Origin: Lachnospiraceae bacterium
GTDB lineage: Bacteria > Bacillota > Clostridia > Lachnospirales > Lachnospiraceae
NCBI GenBank assembly: GCA_050944475.1
Contig: JBMNRD010000001.1
Coordinates: 498,984 to 530,983 of the forward strand
Length of the DNA: 32,000 bases
Direction of reading: 5' to 3'
Positions within the stretch are counted from its first letter, which is position 1. Each line of letters opens with the position of its first letter. The translations under genes were made by a program, and so were the position numbers. This document shows, in pieces, positions 1 to 9,046 of this stretch. The notes under the pieces were generated by a model, which was given only the letters and a program-made list of their open reading frames with translations, ran no database searches and was not told where the DNA came from.

Positions 1-1
1 T

Positions 2-877
2 GGCGGTGCAAGGCAGATTGAATGCACCATTAACGGACTTGGTGAACGTGCCGGCAACGCTTCATTGGAAGAAGTTGTTATGGCAATACGCACCAGATCG
101 GACTTCTTCGGCGGCATTTCAACCAATATTGATACCACCAAGATTTACCACTCAAGCAGGACCGTTTACAACATTATCGGTCAGAAGGCTCCGCTTAACA
201 AGCCGATTGTCGGCAATAATGCATTTGCCCACGAGGCCGGCATTCACCAGCATGGAGTTCAGGCGAATACCCTGACCTACGAAATTATGACCCCTCAATC
301 AATCGGAGTTCAGGCAAATCGCATCGTTCTCGGCAAACACTCCGGAAAGCACGCCTTCGAAGCTCGCCTGAAGGAAATGGGCTTTAATCTTAATAGGGAA
401 GAACTGATTAAGTGCTTTGATGAATTCAAGGTTTTGTGTGATAAGAAGAAATCTGTAAACGATGAGGACATTGAAGCCATCGTTATGCACAACTGTTCTC
501 ATGAAGCATCAAAGGTTCCCGGTTTTGAGCTTGACTGGTTTGCTGTTTATACAAGTAACTTTACAACCAGCACCAGCACAGTCAGCCTGATTAAAGATGA
601 CGAAAAATTTCAGGCAGTTGCCCTCGGTGACGGTCCGATTGATGCTTCATTTAATGCCATCGACGAGATTGTAAGGCCGGTGGAGCATACTTTTGATATC
701 TATACAATTAACTCCATTTCCGAGGGCAAGGACACCCTTGGAGATGTTGCGGTAAGATTGACGGCGGAGGACAAGACTTTCGTTGGCCGCGGTCTTTCTA
801 CCGATACTATTGAGGCAAGTATCATTGCCTATATTAATGCCGTAAACAAAATGCAGGCAACTTTTGGCGAAAAATAA
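2..877 (+). CDS. leuA: 2-isopropylmalate synthase, C-terminal part (5' end lies outside the window)
   Basis: The frame is open from the window edge (..GGARQIECTINGLGERAGNASLEEVVMAIRTR..). It then runs HEAGIHQHGV..YEIM.P..IG and a C-terminal LeuA allosteric-domain-like region. leuB follows directly. Confidence 0.9.
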   Translation, partial: GGARQIECTINGLGERAGNASLEEVVMAIRTRSDFFGGISTNIDTTKIYHSSRTVYNIIGQKAPLNKPIVGNNAFAHEAGIHQHGVQANTLTYEIMTPQSIGVQANRIVLGKHSGKHAFEARLKEMGFNLNREELIKCFDEFKVLCDKKKSVNDEDIEAIVMHNCSHEASKVPGFELDWFAVYTSNFTTSTSTVSLIKDDEKFQAVALGDGPIDASFNAIDEIVRPVEHTFDIYTINSISEGKDTLGDVAVRLTAEDKTFVGRGLSTDTIEASIIAYINAVNKMQATFGEK

Positions 878-1013
878 TTCGGCCTTTTACTTTCCATAAC
901 AGTCATCGTTCAGTGCTTTGTGACAATTTCTACGCGCTGAATGACCGGTTGTTGTGCAAAAAAGAAGCCTGTTTTGCCGGTGGCAATATCATAAAAATGA
1001 AAAGGGAACTACA

Positions 1014-2081
1014 ATGAAATATGACATAGCAGTAATCAGAGGCGACGGAATCGGTCCGGAGATCGTAGACAGCACCGTTCGTGTCCTTGAGAAGGTCTCA
1101 GAAAAATTCGGGCACGAATTTAATTTTAAATATTATGCTGCGGGCGGATGTGCCATCGATGAGTACGGCGTTCCTTTGCCGGAGGAAACGATTAAAGGTT
1201 GTAAAGCTGCCGACAGCGTTCTTTTAGGTGCCGTTGGCGGACCGAAGTGGGACAGCCTGCCGACGTATAACAGACCGGAGCGCGCATTGCTCGGACTCAG
1301 GGCGAAGCTGGGACTTTTCACTAACTTAAGGCCGGCAAGCATTTACCCCTCATTGGCAAACGCCTGCACCCTCAGACCCGATATCGCGGCCAAGGGCTTT
1401 GACCTTATTATTGTCAGAGAGCTTACCGGAGGTATATACTTCGGTGAAAGTGGCAGACGCGAGGGTCGTTACGGCTTGGAAGCTTATGACACGGAATGCT
1501 ACAGCGAAATGGAAATCGAGCGCATCGCCAGAGTTGCATTCGAAATTGCCATGAAGCGTCGCAGAAACCTTGTCAGCATCGACAAGGCCAATGTTCTCGA
1601 AAGTTCCCGCCTGTGGAGATCCACTGTTGACAGGATTGCGGCAGAATATCCGGAGGTTGCCGTCGGGCATATGTACGTGGACAACGCTGCAATGCAACTG
1701 GTCCGCGAACCGTCTCGTTTCGACGTTATTGTAACATCCAACATGTTTGGAGACATTTTATCCGACGAGGCATCGCAGATTACAGGCTCTATCGGGCTTC
1801 TCGCTTCCGCCTCACTAAACGAGGGCAAATGCGGCATGTATGAGCCTATTCACGGTTCCGCTCCCGACATTGCGGGAACAGGCAAGGCCAACCCGATTGC
1901 AACCATCCTTTCAGGTGCGATGATGCTGAGATACTCGTTTGATTTGCACAAAGAGGCCGATGCTATAGAGAAAGCTGTAAATGATACGCTTGAGGCGGGC
2001 GTAAGAACCGCCGACATCACTAATGACGAACACTACGTCACAACCGAAGGCATGACAGACAAAATTCTTCTAAGGATTTAG
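1014..2081 (+). CDS. leuB: 3-isopropylmalate dehydrogenase
   Basis: [17 protein letters not shown].., [14 protein letters not shown] and [13 protein letters not shown] motifs. The ATG at 1014 follows a purine-rich aaaaggga RBS. The 20 codons upstream in the tracked ORF (from the GTG at 954) look non-coding. Confidence 0.93.
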   Translation: MKYDIAVIRGDGIGPEIVDSTVRVLEKVSEKFGHEFNFKYYAAGGCAIDEYGVPLPEETIKGCKAADSVLLGAVGGPKWDSLPTYNRPERALLGLRAKLGLFTNLRPASIYPSLANACTLRPDIAAKGFDLIIVRELTGGIYFGESGRREGRYGLEAYDTECYSEMEIERIARVAFEIAMKRRRNLVSIDKANVLESSRLWRSTVDRIAAEYPEVAVGHMYVDNAAMQLVREPSRFDVIVTSNMFGDILSDEASQITGSIGLLASASLNEGKCGMYEPIHGSAPDIAGTGKANPIATILSGAMMLRYSFDLHKEADAIEKAVNDTLEAGVRTADITNDEHYVTTEGMTDKILLRI

Positions 2082-2090
2082 GAGGTAAAT

Positions 2091-3155
2091 ATGTTAGACA
2101 TCAAAATCACCCGCACAAACCGGCCGAAAGCAAAACCTGCCGGCGACCTTCCTTTCGGTAAAATTTTTACGGACCACATGTTTATCATGAATTACACGGA
2201 AGAACAGGGCTGGCATGACCCTAGAATCGTCCCTTATCAAAATCTGTCTCTTTCTCCCGCAAGCATGGTATTTCATTACGGCCAGGAAATGTTCGAAGGA
2301 TTAAAAGCATATAAGGGCTCTGACGGCAATAGTTATCTGTTCCGTCCGGATATGAACGCAAAGAGAACCAACCGTACAAATGAACGTTTGTGCATACCTT
2401 GCCTTCCGGAAGAAAATTTCGTTCAGGCGGTTAAGGCAATCGTCAAAATCGATGAGGACTGGATTCCAACCGAAACCGGGACCTCCCTCTACATCAGACC
2501 GTTTATCATTGCCACGGATGATTTTCTGGGGGTAGCACCGTCAAAAACCTATCTCTTTATGATTATCCTCTCCCCGAGCGGCGCCTATTATTCAAGCGGG
2601 CTTGAGCCGATTAGCATCTGGATTGAAGACGAGTATGTCAGGGCTGTAAGGGGCGGCATGGGCTTTGCCAAAACCGGCGGCAACTATGCATGCAGCCTTA
2701 TCGGCCAGGTTAAAGCTCACAATGACGGATTCTCACAAGTTCTGTGGCTTGACGGTGTAGAACGCAAATATATCGAAGAAGTTGGCGCCATGAACATTTT
2801 CTTTAAAATCGACGGAAAGATTGTTACCCCCAAGCTTCAGGGAAGTATTCTGCCCGGCGTTACCCGCGACTCCGTGCTGACACTGTGCAGGGAATGGGGT
2901 CTTCCTACCGAAGAGCGCCTTATTTCCGTTGATGAACTTCTTGAAGCTCAGGCAAACGGTACCCTTGAAGAGGTGTTCGGCACAGGAACAGCCGCTGTTA
3001 TTTCCCCGGTTGGCAAGCTTCGCTATAAGGACGATGTCATGACCATTCAGGATGGCGGTATTGGGGAAATCAGCCGAAAGCTTTATGACACCGTTACCGG
3101 AATCCAGCTTGGCGATATTCCCGACACCCACGGCTGGAGGGTAAGCATAGACTGA
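2091..3155 (+). CDS. ilvE: Branched-chain amino acid aminotransferase (fold type IV)
   Basis: 354 aa with F.DHMF.., FEG.KAY and GG.G.AKTGGNY motifs. An AGGAGG RBS sits 5 nt upstream, 9 nt after the leuB stop. Confidence 0.9.
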   Translation: MLDIKITRTNRPKAKPAGDLPFGKIFTDHMFIMNYTEEQGWHDPRIVPYQNLSLSPASMVFHYGQEMFEGLKAYKGSDGNSYLFRPDMNAKRTNRTNERLCIPCLPEENFVQAVKAIVKIDEDWIPTETGTSLYIRPFIIATDDFLGVAPSKTYLFMIILSPSGAYYSSGLEPISIWIEDEYVRAVRGGMGFAKTGGNYACSLIGQVKAHNDGFSQVLWLDGVERKYIEEVGAMNIFFKIDGKIVTPKLQGSILPGVTRDSVLTLCREWGLPTEERLISVDELLEAQANGTLEEVFGTGTAAVISPVGKLRYKDDVMTIQDGGIGEISRKLYDTVTGIQLGDIPDTHGWRVSID

Positions 3156-3172
3156 TAATATGGAGAGAAATT

Positions 3173-4420
3173 ATGTACTCATACGAAACACTTTTTGCAT
3201 CAGACCCCGAGGTTGCTTTAGCAATTAAGGGCGAAAAAGACAGGCAGCACTCTCATCTGGAACTCATCGCTTCCGAAAACTTTGTCAGCAAGGCCGTTAT
3301 GGCGGCCATGGGCAGTCAATTTACAAATAAATATGCGGAGGGGTATCCCGGGAATCGTTATTACGGCGGTTGCAAATATACCGATGTTGTTGAAAATCTT
3401 GCAATTAATCGGGCAAAAAAGCTTTTCGGTTGCGAATATGTCAATGTACAACCTCATGCCGGAAGTCAGGCAAACACCGCTGTTTTTTATGCGGCCCTGA
3501 AGCCGGGCGACCGTATGATGGGAATGAATCTCAATCACGGCGGACACCTCAGCCATGGCTGCAAAGCCAATATTTCCGGATCCTTGTATGATGTTATAAC
3601 CTACGGTGTAAATGAAGACGGTTTCATTGATTACGATAATGTAATGCGGATTGCCCTTGAAACACGGCCTAAACTCATTGTCTGCGGTGCAAGCGCATAT
3701 CCGCGGACAATCGACTTCAAAAAGTTCCGGACCATTGCCGATGAAGTCGGTGCCATTCTTTTAGCGGATATTGCCCATATCGCCGGACTTGTTGCCGCGG
3801 GGGAACACATGAGTCCGCTTCCCTACGCTCATGTAACCACCAGCACCACTCACAAAACCCTCAGGGGTCCTCGTGGCGGCATGATAATGTCGAGCAACCG
3901 GATTGCTGATGAACTCAGGCTGAACAAGGCCATATTTCCGGGACTTCAAGGGGGGCCTCTTGTCCATGTGATAGCCGCCAAGGCTGTATGTTACGGTGAG
4001 GCTCTGCGGCCCGAATTCAAGACCTACGCAAAACAGGTTAAGGCAAATGCCGCTTCCCTTGCCAAATCAATGGTTGAACGGGGGTTCTCCATCTTTTCCG
4101 GCGGAACGGATAATCATATGATTCTTGTGGATCTTCGTCCAATCGGGATAACCGGCAAGGAAGCCGAGGATGCTTTGGACCTGACGGGAATTACCTGCAA
4201 TAAGAATCCCATTCCGAATGATAAAACGCCGAAAAGTGTGACCGGCGGCATCCGCCTTGGAACAGCCGCATTGACCACCCGGGGAATGGATGAGAAGGAC
4301 ATGGAGGCAGTTGCCGAAGCAATCAAGCTGGTCCTTTTGGGAAAAACATCCGCTGCCGCAAAAAAAGCAGCTGAAATCGTAAGTTCTCTTACGAAAGCCT
4401 ACCCCCTTTACAGAGATTAG
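3173..4420 (+). CDS. glyA: Serine hydroxymethyltransferase
   Basis: [31 protein letters not shown], and the [18 protein letters not shown]-lysine motif. Confidence 0.95.
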   Translation: MYSYETLFASDPEVALAIKGEKDRQHSHLELIASENFVSKAVMAAMGSQFTNKYAEGYPGNRYYGGCKYTDVVENLAINRAKKLFGCEYVNVQPHAGSQANTAVFYAALKPGDRMMGMNLNHGGHLSHGCKANISGSLYDVITYGVNEDGFIDYDNVMRIALETRPKLIVCGASAYPRTIDFKKFRTIADEVGAILLADIAHIAGLVAAGEHMSPLPYAHVTTSTTHKTLRGPRGGMIMSSNRIADELRLNKAIFPGLQGGPLVHVIAAKAVCYGEALRPEFKTYAKQVKANAASLAKSMVERGFSIFSGGTDNHMILVDLRPIGITGKEAEDALDLTGITCNKNPIPNDKTPKSVTGGIRLGTAALTTRGMDEKDMEAVAEAIKLVLLGKTSAAAKKAAEIVSSLTKAYPLYRD

Positions 4421-4437
4421 GGATTAGACATTGGGCA

Positions 4438-5106
4438 TTAGATCTTTAAAGCCTTCTCGACCGGCAGCGCTGATATTATGGCGTTTGCCAGTGTCTTTAT
4501 TCCGAATTCATTGTTTATGTCAGACATAATCTGAGCACCTGCCGCGGCCGGTGCAAGGATAAAGATTATGTCCCTTTCCTGCTCCATCTCAATCTGAAGA
4601 TATTCCTGAAGGTCTCCGTCCTCCACCAGACGGCCTCTGATTACCGTGCCGCCCGTTGCCCCGGCTCTCCTTGCGACCTGAACTACCTGGTCTGTATAGG
4701 AACGTCCGACATTTATCATTATAAGATTATGTTTGTATTCGTTTTTCATTTTAGGCACCCCCTTGCCTGTTTTTTCGGGCAATTCATGATGTAATACTTC
4801 AGAGACAATACGGTTCACTGCAGTCATTTTCAATACTACGCTTATTCCGCCATACTCACCGTTATTGCTGAAATTGCCTCCCATCCTGAATAAAAAATCC
4901 TTCACAACCTTCTCCGCCCCCAAACTGAAAATTATATCCTTTCGATTGGTTCCGAGGCCGAGTATGTCCATCATTTCCGACGAGGCCGTTCCGACCCCTA
5001 CGCTCTGAAAGCTCAAGCTTATTCCCTGTTCTTTGAACATTTCCATAAGCTCGCGGGCCTTCCCCTGAGACACAATGGACAGGAGCATTATCGTCCGTTT
5101 ATTCAT
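4438..5106 (-). CDS. Tandem (fused) P-II-like signal-transduction protein with two ferredoxin-like P-II-type repeats
   Basis: 222 aa. Two repeats of about 100 aa, each starting with a beta strand (IMLLSIV.. / LIMINVG..). Each is followed by a helix and a G.G/RG.. loop (SFQSVGVGTASS / GGTVIRGRLVED). The ATGA overlap with the upstream DUF1538 gene matches the gene pairing I recall for DUF1538 loci. Confidence 0.6.
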   Translation of the reverse strand: MNKRTIMLLSIVSQGKARELMEMFKEQGISLSFQSVGVGTASSEMMDILGLGTNRKDIIFSLGAEKVVKDFLFRMGGNFSNNGEYGGISVVLKMTAVNRIVSEVLHHELPEKTGKGVPKMKNEYKHNLIMINVGRSYTDQVVQVARRAGATGGTVIRGRLVEDGDLQEYLQIEMEQERDIIFILAPAAAGAQIMSDINNEFGIKTLANAIISALPVEKALKI

Positions 5107-5920
5107 GAGATTACCTCCTTGTCAAAGAAAATAATATCATCAGAAATCCGGTTAAGCTCATCGCAAACCCTCTGCAAACGCCTTCTTCTCCTGATGCTTC
5201 CGCTAAGGCCAAGCACTTGTATTGTAATCGGCGGCGTCATGGTGACCATTGCAACTATTCCGAAGGCATCGGTCATGATATTACCCCCTAAAACCTCGCA
5301 GGAACCAAGGGCAAGCGATAAAAGGAAGGTGGCGGTCATGGGGCCTGATGCAACGGCGCCGGCATCGAATGCAATCGCAACAAACTCTCTTTGGACAAAG
5401 AATGCTGCCACAATGATTATTCCGAAAAGTACTATCAATAACCATGAAAGCCTGATGTTTTTCCGCGCCCTTACCATGGCAATGGCCATGAACAGTCCGA
5501 CACCCAAGGCAACCGCTAAGATTAAAACCATGTTCGGAATGTAGGGCGCCTGACGGACAAGTACTTGCAAATCAGGCTCCGCAATTGTAATTACCACGCC
5601 CAGAATAAAAAAATTATAACCGCTAAAATAATCTTTTTTGTTTTGCCGAGCCGGACGCCGATACTGTCGGCCAGCAGCTCCATTGACATTCCGGAACCTC
5701 TGGTAAATAAACTCATACCGCCTATCAAAAGAATGATCCCGAAAAGGAACATCACCAAAATTCCGGCATTAAGAGGCGCCAGCGTTATGCTTAAAATAAG
5801 AACGATGGCGCCTATGGCAATACTGATTGTAATGCTTCTTTTATTGAACTGTTGAAATGCTTCCTTAAAATCTCCTGTCTTCCCGCATATTATATGGGAG
5901 AAGAAAGGGCAAGTCAACAA
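5103..5920 (-). pseudogene. DUF1538-family integral membrane protein, split into two ORFs (5591-5920 and 5103-5597) by a frameshift at a T7 run (A7 on the plus strand, 5607-5613)
   Basis: The N-terminal ORF ends ..GKTKKIILAVIIFLFWAW*. The second frame reads ..NFFILGVVITIAEPDLQVL.. . Joining them at the T-run gives a continuous ..LAVIIFFILGVVITIAEPDLQVL.. . The ITIAEPDLQVL motif is the DUF1538 signature as I recall it. The N-terminal start codon is also doubtful (see findings). Confidence 0.6.
5889..5917 (-). promoter_or_regulatory. Consensus-like sigma-70 promoter overlapping the nominal 5' end of the DUF1538 ORF
   Basis: On the minus strand: TTGACT (5917-5912), a 17-nt spacer, then TATAAT (5894-5889). 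This conflicts with the tracked TTG start at 5920. Confidence 0.35.
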
Positions 5921-5986
5921 AGCGGATGTGAAAACTATGTAAAACAGCCTTATGAATCGGTAATTTGTTTCGCTCTACAAAGTTCC

Positions 5987-6865
5987 TTACCAGCACAGCA
6001 CTTCATGACCGTCCTCTGTTACCAGAACCTGAATTTCCCACTGTGCGGACGGAAGCCCGTCCAGTGTGCGGACGGTCCAGCCGTTTTCTTTATCGGTGGT
6101 AAACCGGTATGTCCCCATATTAATCATCGGTTCAATGGTAAACACCATACCGGGGGCCATTACCATCTCCGTGCCCGGAGTTGAAACATAACTTACCCAC
6201 GGCTCTTCATGAAAGGCTTTTCCAATGCCGTGTCCGCCGATATCACGGACCACCTGATAACCGTGCTTCATAGCATGCCTGTTGATTACATCACCCATGT
6301 CACCGAGAAAATTCCACGGCTTAACCATTTCCAGACCCATTCCCACACATTCCTTGGTTACATCTACCAGTTTTTTTTTCTCGGGACTGACCTCCCCGAT
6401 GCAGAACATCCTCGAAGAATCTGAAAAATATCCGTTCAAAATTGTGGAACAGTCAACATTTACTATGTCGCCCTCTTCAAGATATTCATCGGCACTGGGT
6501 ATTCCGTGACAAATGACCTCGTTAATCGAAGTACATACGCTCTTAGGATAACCTTCGTAATTCAGGTCTGCCGGAATTCCGCCCATATCGTATGTAATTT
6601 GATTGACCAGGTCATCAATTTCGATGGTGGCCATCCCGGGGCCAATCACTTTTGCAATCTCGTCAAGGACTGTGATGTTTATCTTAGCACTGGCCTTTAT
6701 ACCTTCAATGTCTGCGTCGGTTTTTATTATATCCCTTCCGGGCACCTCATGTCCCGCCATGGCAAGCCTGCGCAGCTTGTTGTCAAAATCGTTATGGCAC
6801 ATCTTATATTTCCTGCCGCTTCCGCACCAGCAGGGATCGTTTCTTCCTATCTTTCCAAAAATCAT
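5987..6865 (-). CDS. map: Type I methionine aminopeptidase with an N-terminal SEC-C zinc-binding motif
   Basis: N-terminal GRNDPCWCGSGRKYKMCH (SEC-C motif). The MetAP core has VCHGIP, D..VD, GHGIG, FTIEP and EH (QWE..VLVT) metal-ligand motifs. Confidence 0.9.
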   Translation of the reverse strand: MIFGKIGRNDPCWCGSGRKYKMCHNDFDNKLRRLAMAGHEVPGRDIIKTDADIEGIKASAKINITVLDEIAKVIGPGMATIEIDDLVNQITYDMGGIPADLNYEGYPKSVCTSINEVICHGIPSADEYLEEGDIVNVDCSTILNGYFSDSSRMFCIGEVSPEKKKLVDVTKECVGMGLEMVKPWNFLGDMGDVINRHAMKHGYQVVRDIGGHGIGKAFHEEPWVSYVSTPGTEMVMAPGMVFTIEPMINMGTYRFTTDKENGWTVRTLDGLPSAQWEIQVLVTEDGHEVLCW

Positions 6866-6904
6866 GCAGTTATTCCTTCAACCATTTAACGACCGTACAC
6901 AAGC

Positions 6905-7585
6905 TTATGCTTCGATGCCGCCATACAGCTTTTCTTTGAAATGATACGTTTTCTCCAGCATCATGTCCTTTACTTTCATGAGACGTACCTGAGAACTTCT
7001 TTCATTTTCATCCAGCTTCATTACAATGTACTTTATGGATTGCCGGGTGTCGGGAATTACCACATGTTCAAGGGCATTTACCCTTCTTCTGGTTTTTTCT
7101 ATTTCGATTGCCATCAGCTGACAGGACTTCTCTACCTCGGCAAGCCTTAGCATGTCCTGCATCACTTCCGACAGACTCGTTACCGCTCCGTCAAGGTCTC
7201 CGGAGGTAAATGCATAACCATAAGAATAAATATCATTCTCGTCCGATGTTCTTGTTTTATATTCGAACACCGGAACGTTTACACTCATAACATTCTTAAA
7301 AGCGGCCTCTAAGGTCACGCTCTGCTTGGGAACCATCAATGCGGTGTTTATGATTTCCTCATCCATTCCCGCTCTTGCAAGGACAAAATCCTTATTTGCC
7401 CTTGCTATGCCTTCTTCTACCTTGGCGCGAAGCTCTATGTTTTCCCGCGCAAGATCAAGAAACTGCCTCATCAGCTCGTCTCTCTTGTCCTTCAAAAGCT
7501 TGTGTCCCTTAACGGCTGTGGCAAGTTTTTTCTTAAGCTTTGTAAGTTCCATGCGGGTCGGATTGACCTGCTTTTTTACTGCCAT
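6905..7585 (-). CDS. atpD: V/A-type ATP synthase subunit D
   Basis: MAVKKQVNPTRMELTKLKKKL..A.KGHKLLKDKRDEL.. is a typical subunit D coiled-coil. AGGAGG RBS upstream. Last gene of the operon. Confidence 0.9.
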   Translation of the reverse strand: MAVKKQVNPTRMELTKLKKKLATAVKGHKLLKDKRDELMRQFLDLARENIELRAKVEEGIARANKDFVLARAGMDEEIINTALMVPKQSVTLEAAFKNVMSVNVPVFEYKTRTSDENDIYSYGYAFTSGDLDGAVTSLSEVMQDMLRLAEVEKSCQLMAIEIEKTRRRVNALEHVVIPDTRQSIKYIVMKLDENERSSQVRLMKVKDMMLEKTYHFKEKLYGGIEA

Positions 7586-7676
7586 AATCCTCCTAACTGA
7601 CAGATGTCTGCATAATGTGTACAGATGCCCTTACTGCGATACCATCTCTTGCGGCACAAAAACGCTCCTGTCAATA

Positions 7677-9044
7677 TTAATCGTAATACTTGTCAAGGAA
7701 CCGGTCACTGATACGCTTCAGCTCCGCTCTGGGAAGAATCCTCAGCAATTCCCAGCCCAGGTCCAAGGTTTCCTCAATATCCCTGTTTGAGGTAAAACTC
7801 TGTGACACGTATCTCTTTTCGAATTCATCAGAAAACTCCGCATAAAGCTTATCCATATCGGTAAGAGCGTCCTCACCGAGAACTATCATCAATTCCTTAG
7901 CTTCCTTTCCGCGGGCGTATGCGGCAAACAGCTGGTTCAGGGTATCGGAATGGTCCTCTCGCGTCTTCCCGACGCCTATGCCTTTGTCTTTCAGACGTGA
8001 CAGGGAAGGCAACACATCAACAGGAGGAACAATCCCCTGCCTGTATAATTCACGGCTGAGAATGATCTGTCCCTCGGTAATATAGCCTGTGAGGTCGGGA
8101 ATCGGATGCGTCTTGTCATCCTCGGGCATTGTAAGAATCGGAATCAATGTAATGCTGCCTTTCTTTCCATACTGCCGTCCTGCCCTTTCGTACATTGTTG
8201 CAAGGTCGGTATACATATATCCCGGATATCCGCGTCGTCCCGGAACCTCTTTCCTTGCGGCGGAAACCTCTCTAAGCGAATCGGCATAGTTTGTAATATC
8301 TGTCAAAATTACAAGAACATGCATGTCCTTTTCAAAAGCCAGATACTCGGCTGCTGTCAGCGCCATTTTCGGGGTTGCAATACGCTCAACCGCCGGGTCG
8401 TTTGCCAGATTGACGAACATTACCGTTCTGTCAATTGAACCTGATTCCGTAAATGACCTGGTAAAAAAGTTTGCTTCCTCAAATGTGATTCCCAAAGCGG
8501 CAAATACGACGGCAAACTGTTCATCGGTTCCCCGCACCTTTGCCTGTCGTGCAATTTGAGCCGCCAACTCGGCATGTGGCAGTCCGGACATGGAAAAAAT
8601 AGGAAGCTTCTGTCCGCGAACGAGTGTATTCAGTCCGTCAATGGTGGAAACTCCGGTCTGGATGAACTCATTCGGATAGTTTCTGGCTGCAGGATTCATT
8701 GGAAGGCCCTCAACGTCCACCCTTTTTTCCGGCAGAATCTCCGGACCTCCGTCAATCGGACGTCCCAGCCCGTCGAACACCCTGCCCAGCATATCCTCCG
8801 ATACACCCATTTCCATTGTTCTGCCAAAGAAGCGTACCTTGCTCCCCTCCGGATTGATTCCTGTGGATGATTCAAACAGCTGAACCAATGCGTTGGTTCC
8901 GTCAATTTCCAGAACTTTGCATCTTTTTTTGGTCCCGTCTGCCAGTTCTATCTCTCCCAGCTCGTTGTATGTGACATTTTCAACGCCCTGGACAAGCACC
9001 AGAGGGCCTGCGATTTCTTGAATTGTTCTATACTCTTTCGGCAT
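7677..9044 (-). CDS. atpB: V/A-type ATP synthase subunit B
   Basis: 455 aa. ..[14 protein letters not shown].., [15 protein letters not shown] and ITEGQI motifs. Lies 2 nt downstream of subunit A. Confidence 0.95.
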   Translation of the reverse strand: MPKEYRTIQEIAGPLVLVQGVENVTYNELGEIELADGTKKRCKVLEIDGTNALVQLFESSTGINPEGSKVRFFGRTMEMGVSEDMLGRVFDGLGRPIDGGPEILPEKRVDVEGLPMNPAARNYPNEFIQTGVSTIDGLNTLVRGQKLPIFSMSGLPHAELAAQIARQAKVRGTDEQFAVVFAALGITFEEANFFTRSFTESGSIDRTVMFVNLANDPAVERIATPKMALTAAEYLAFEKDMHVLVILTDITNYADSLREVSAARKEVPGRRGYPGYMYTDLATMYERAGRQYGKKGSITLIPILTMPEDDKTHPIPDLTGYITEGQIILSRELYRQGIVPPVDVLPSLSRLKDKGIGVGKTREDHSDTLNQLFAAYARGKEAKELMIVLGEDALTDMDKLYAEFSDEFEKRYVSQSFTSNRDIEETLDLGWELLRILPRAELKRISDRFLDKYYD

Positions 9045-9046
9045 GA

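Noticed and set aside
6-275. 89-aa plus-strand ORF at the window start, in a different frame from leuA
   Set aside because: It overlaps the clearly coding leuA frame (GERAGNASLEEVVMAI..), and its translation is Pro/Thr/Arg-rich with no motifs.
954-1013. N-terminal extension of the leuB ORF from the GTG at 954 ([20 protein letters not shown]), possibly a leader peptide
   Set aside because: LeuB homologues begin at the MKYDIAV..GDGIGPE segment, and the ATG at 1014 has its own purine-rich RBS. The extension has no Leu-codon run typical of a leader peptide.
4421-4437. Expected a terminator between the convergent glyA and P-II-like genes
   Set aside because: The gap is only 17 nt, and the flanking sequence gives only a poor imperfect inverted repeat (about 10 of 16 matches). 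I cannot support a terminator call.
7586-7676. Perfect TTGACA just after the atpB stop, and a repeated ACAGATG in the 91-nt B/D spacer, as a possible internal promoter or regulatory repeat
   Set aside because: No acceptable -10 hexamer lies 16-18 nt downstream (CAAGAG). The 7-nt direct repeat is short enough to be chance.
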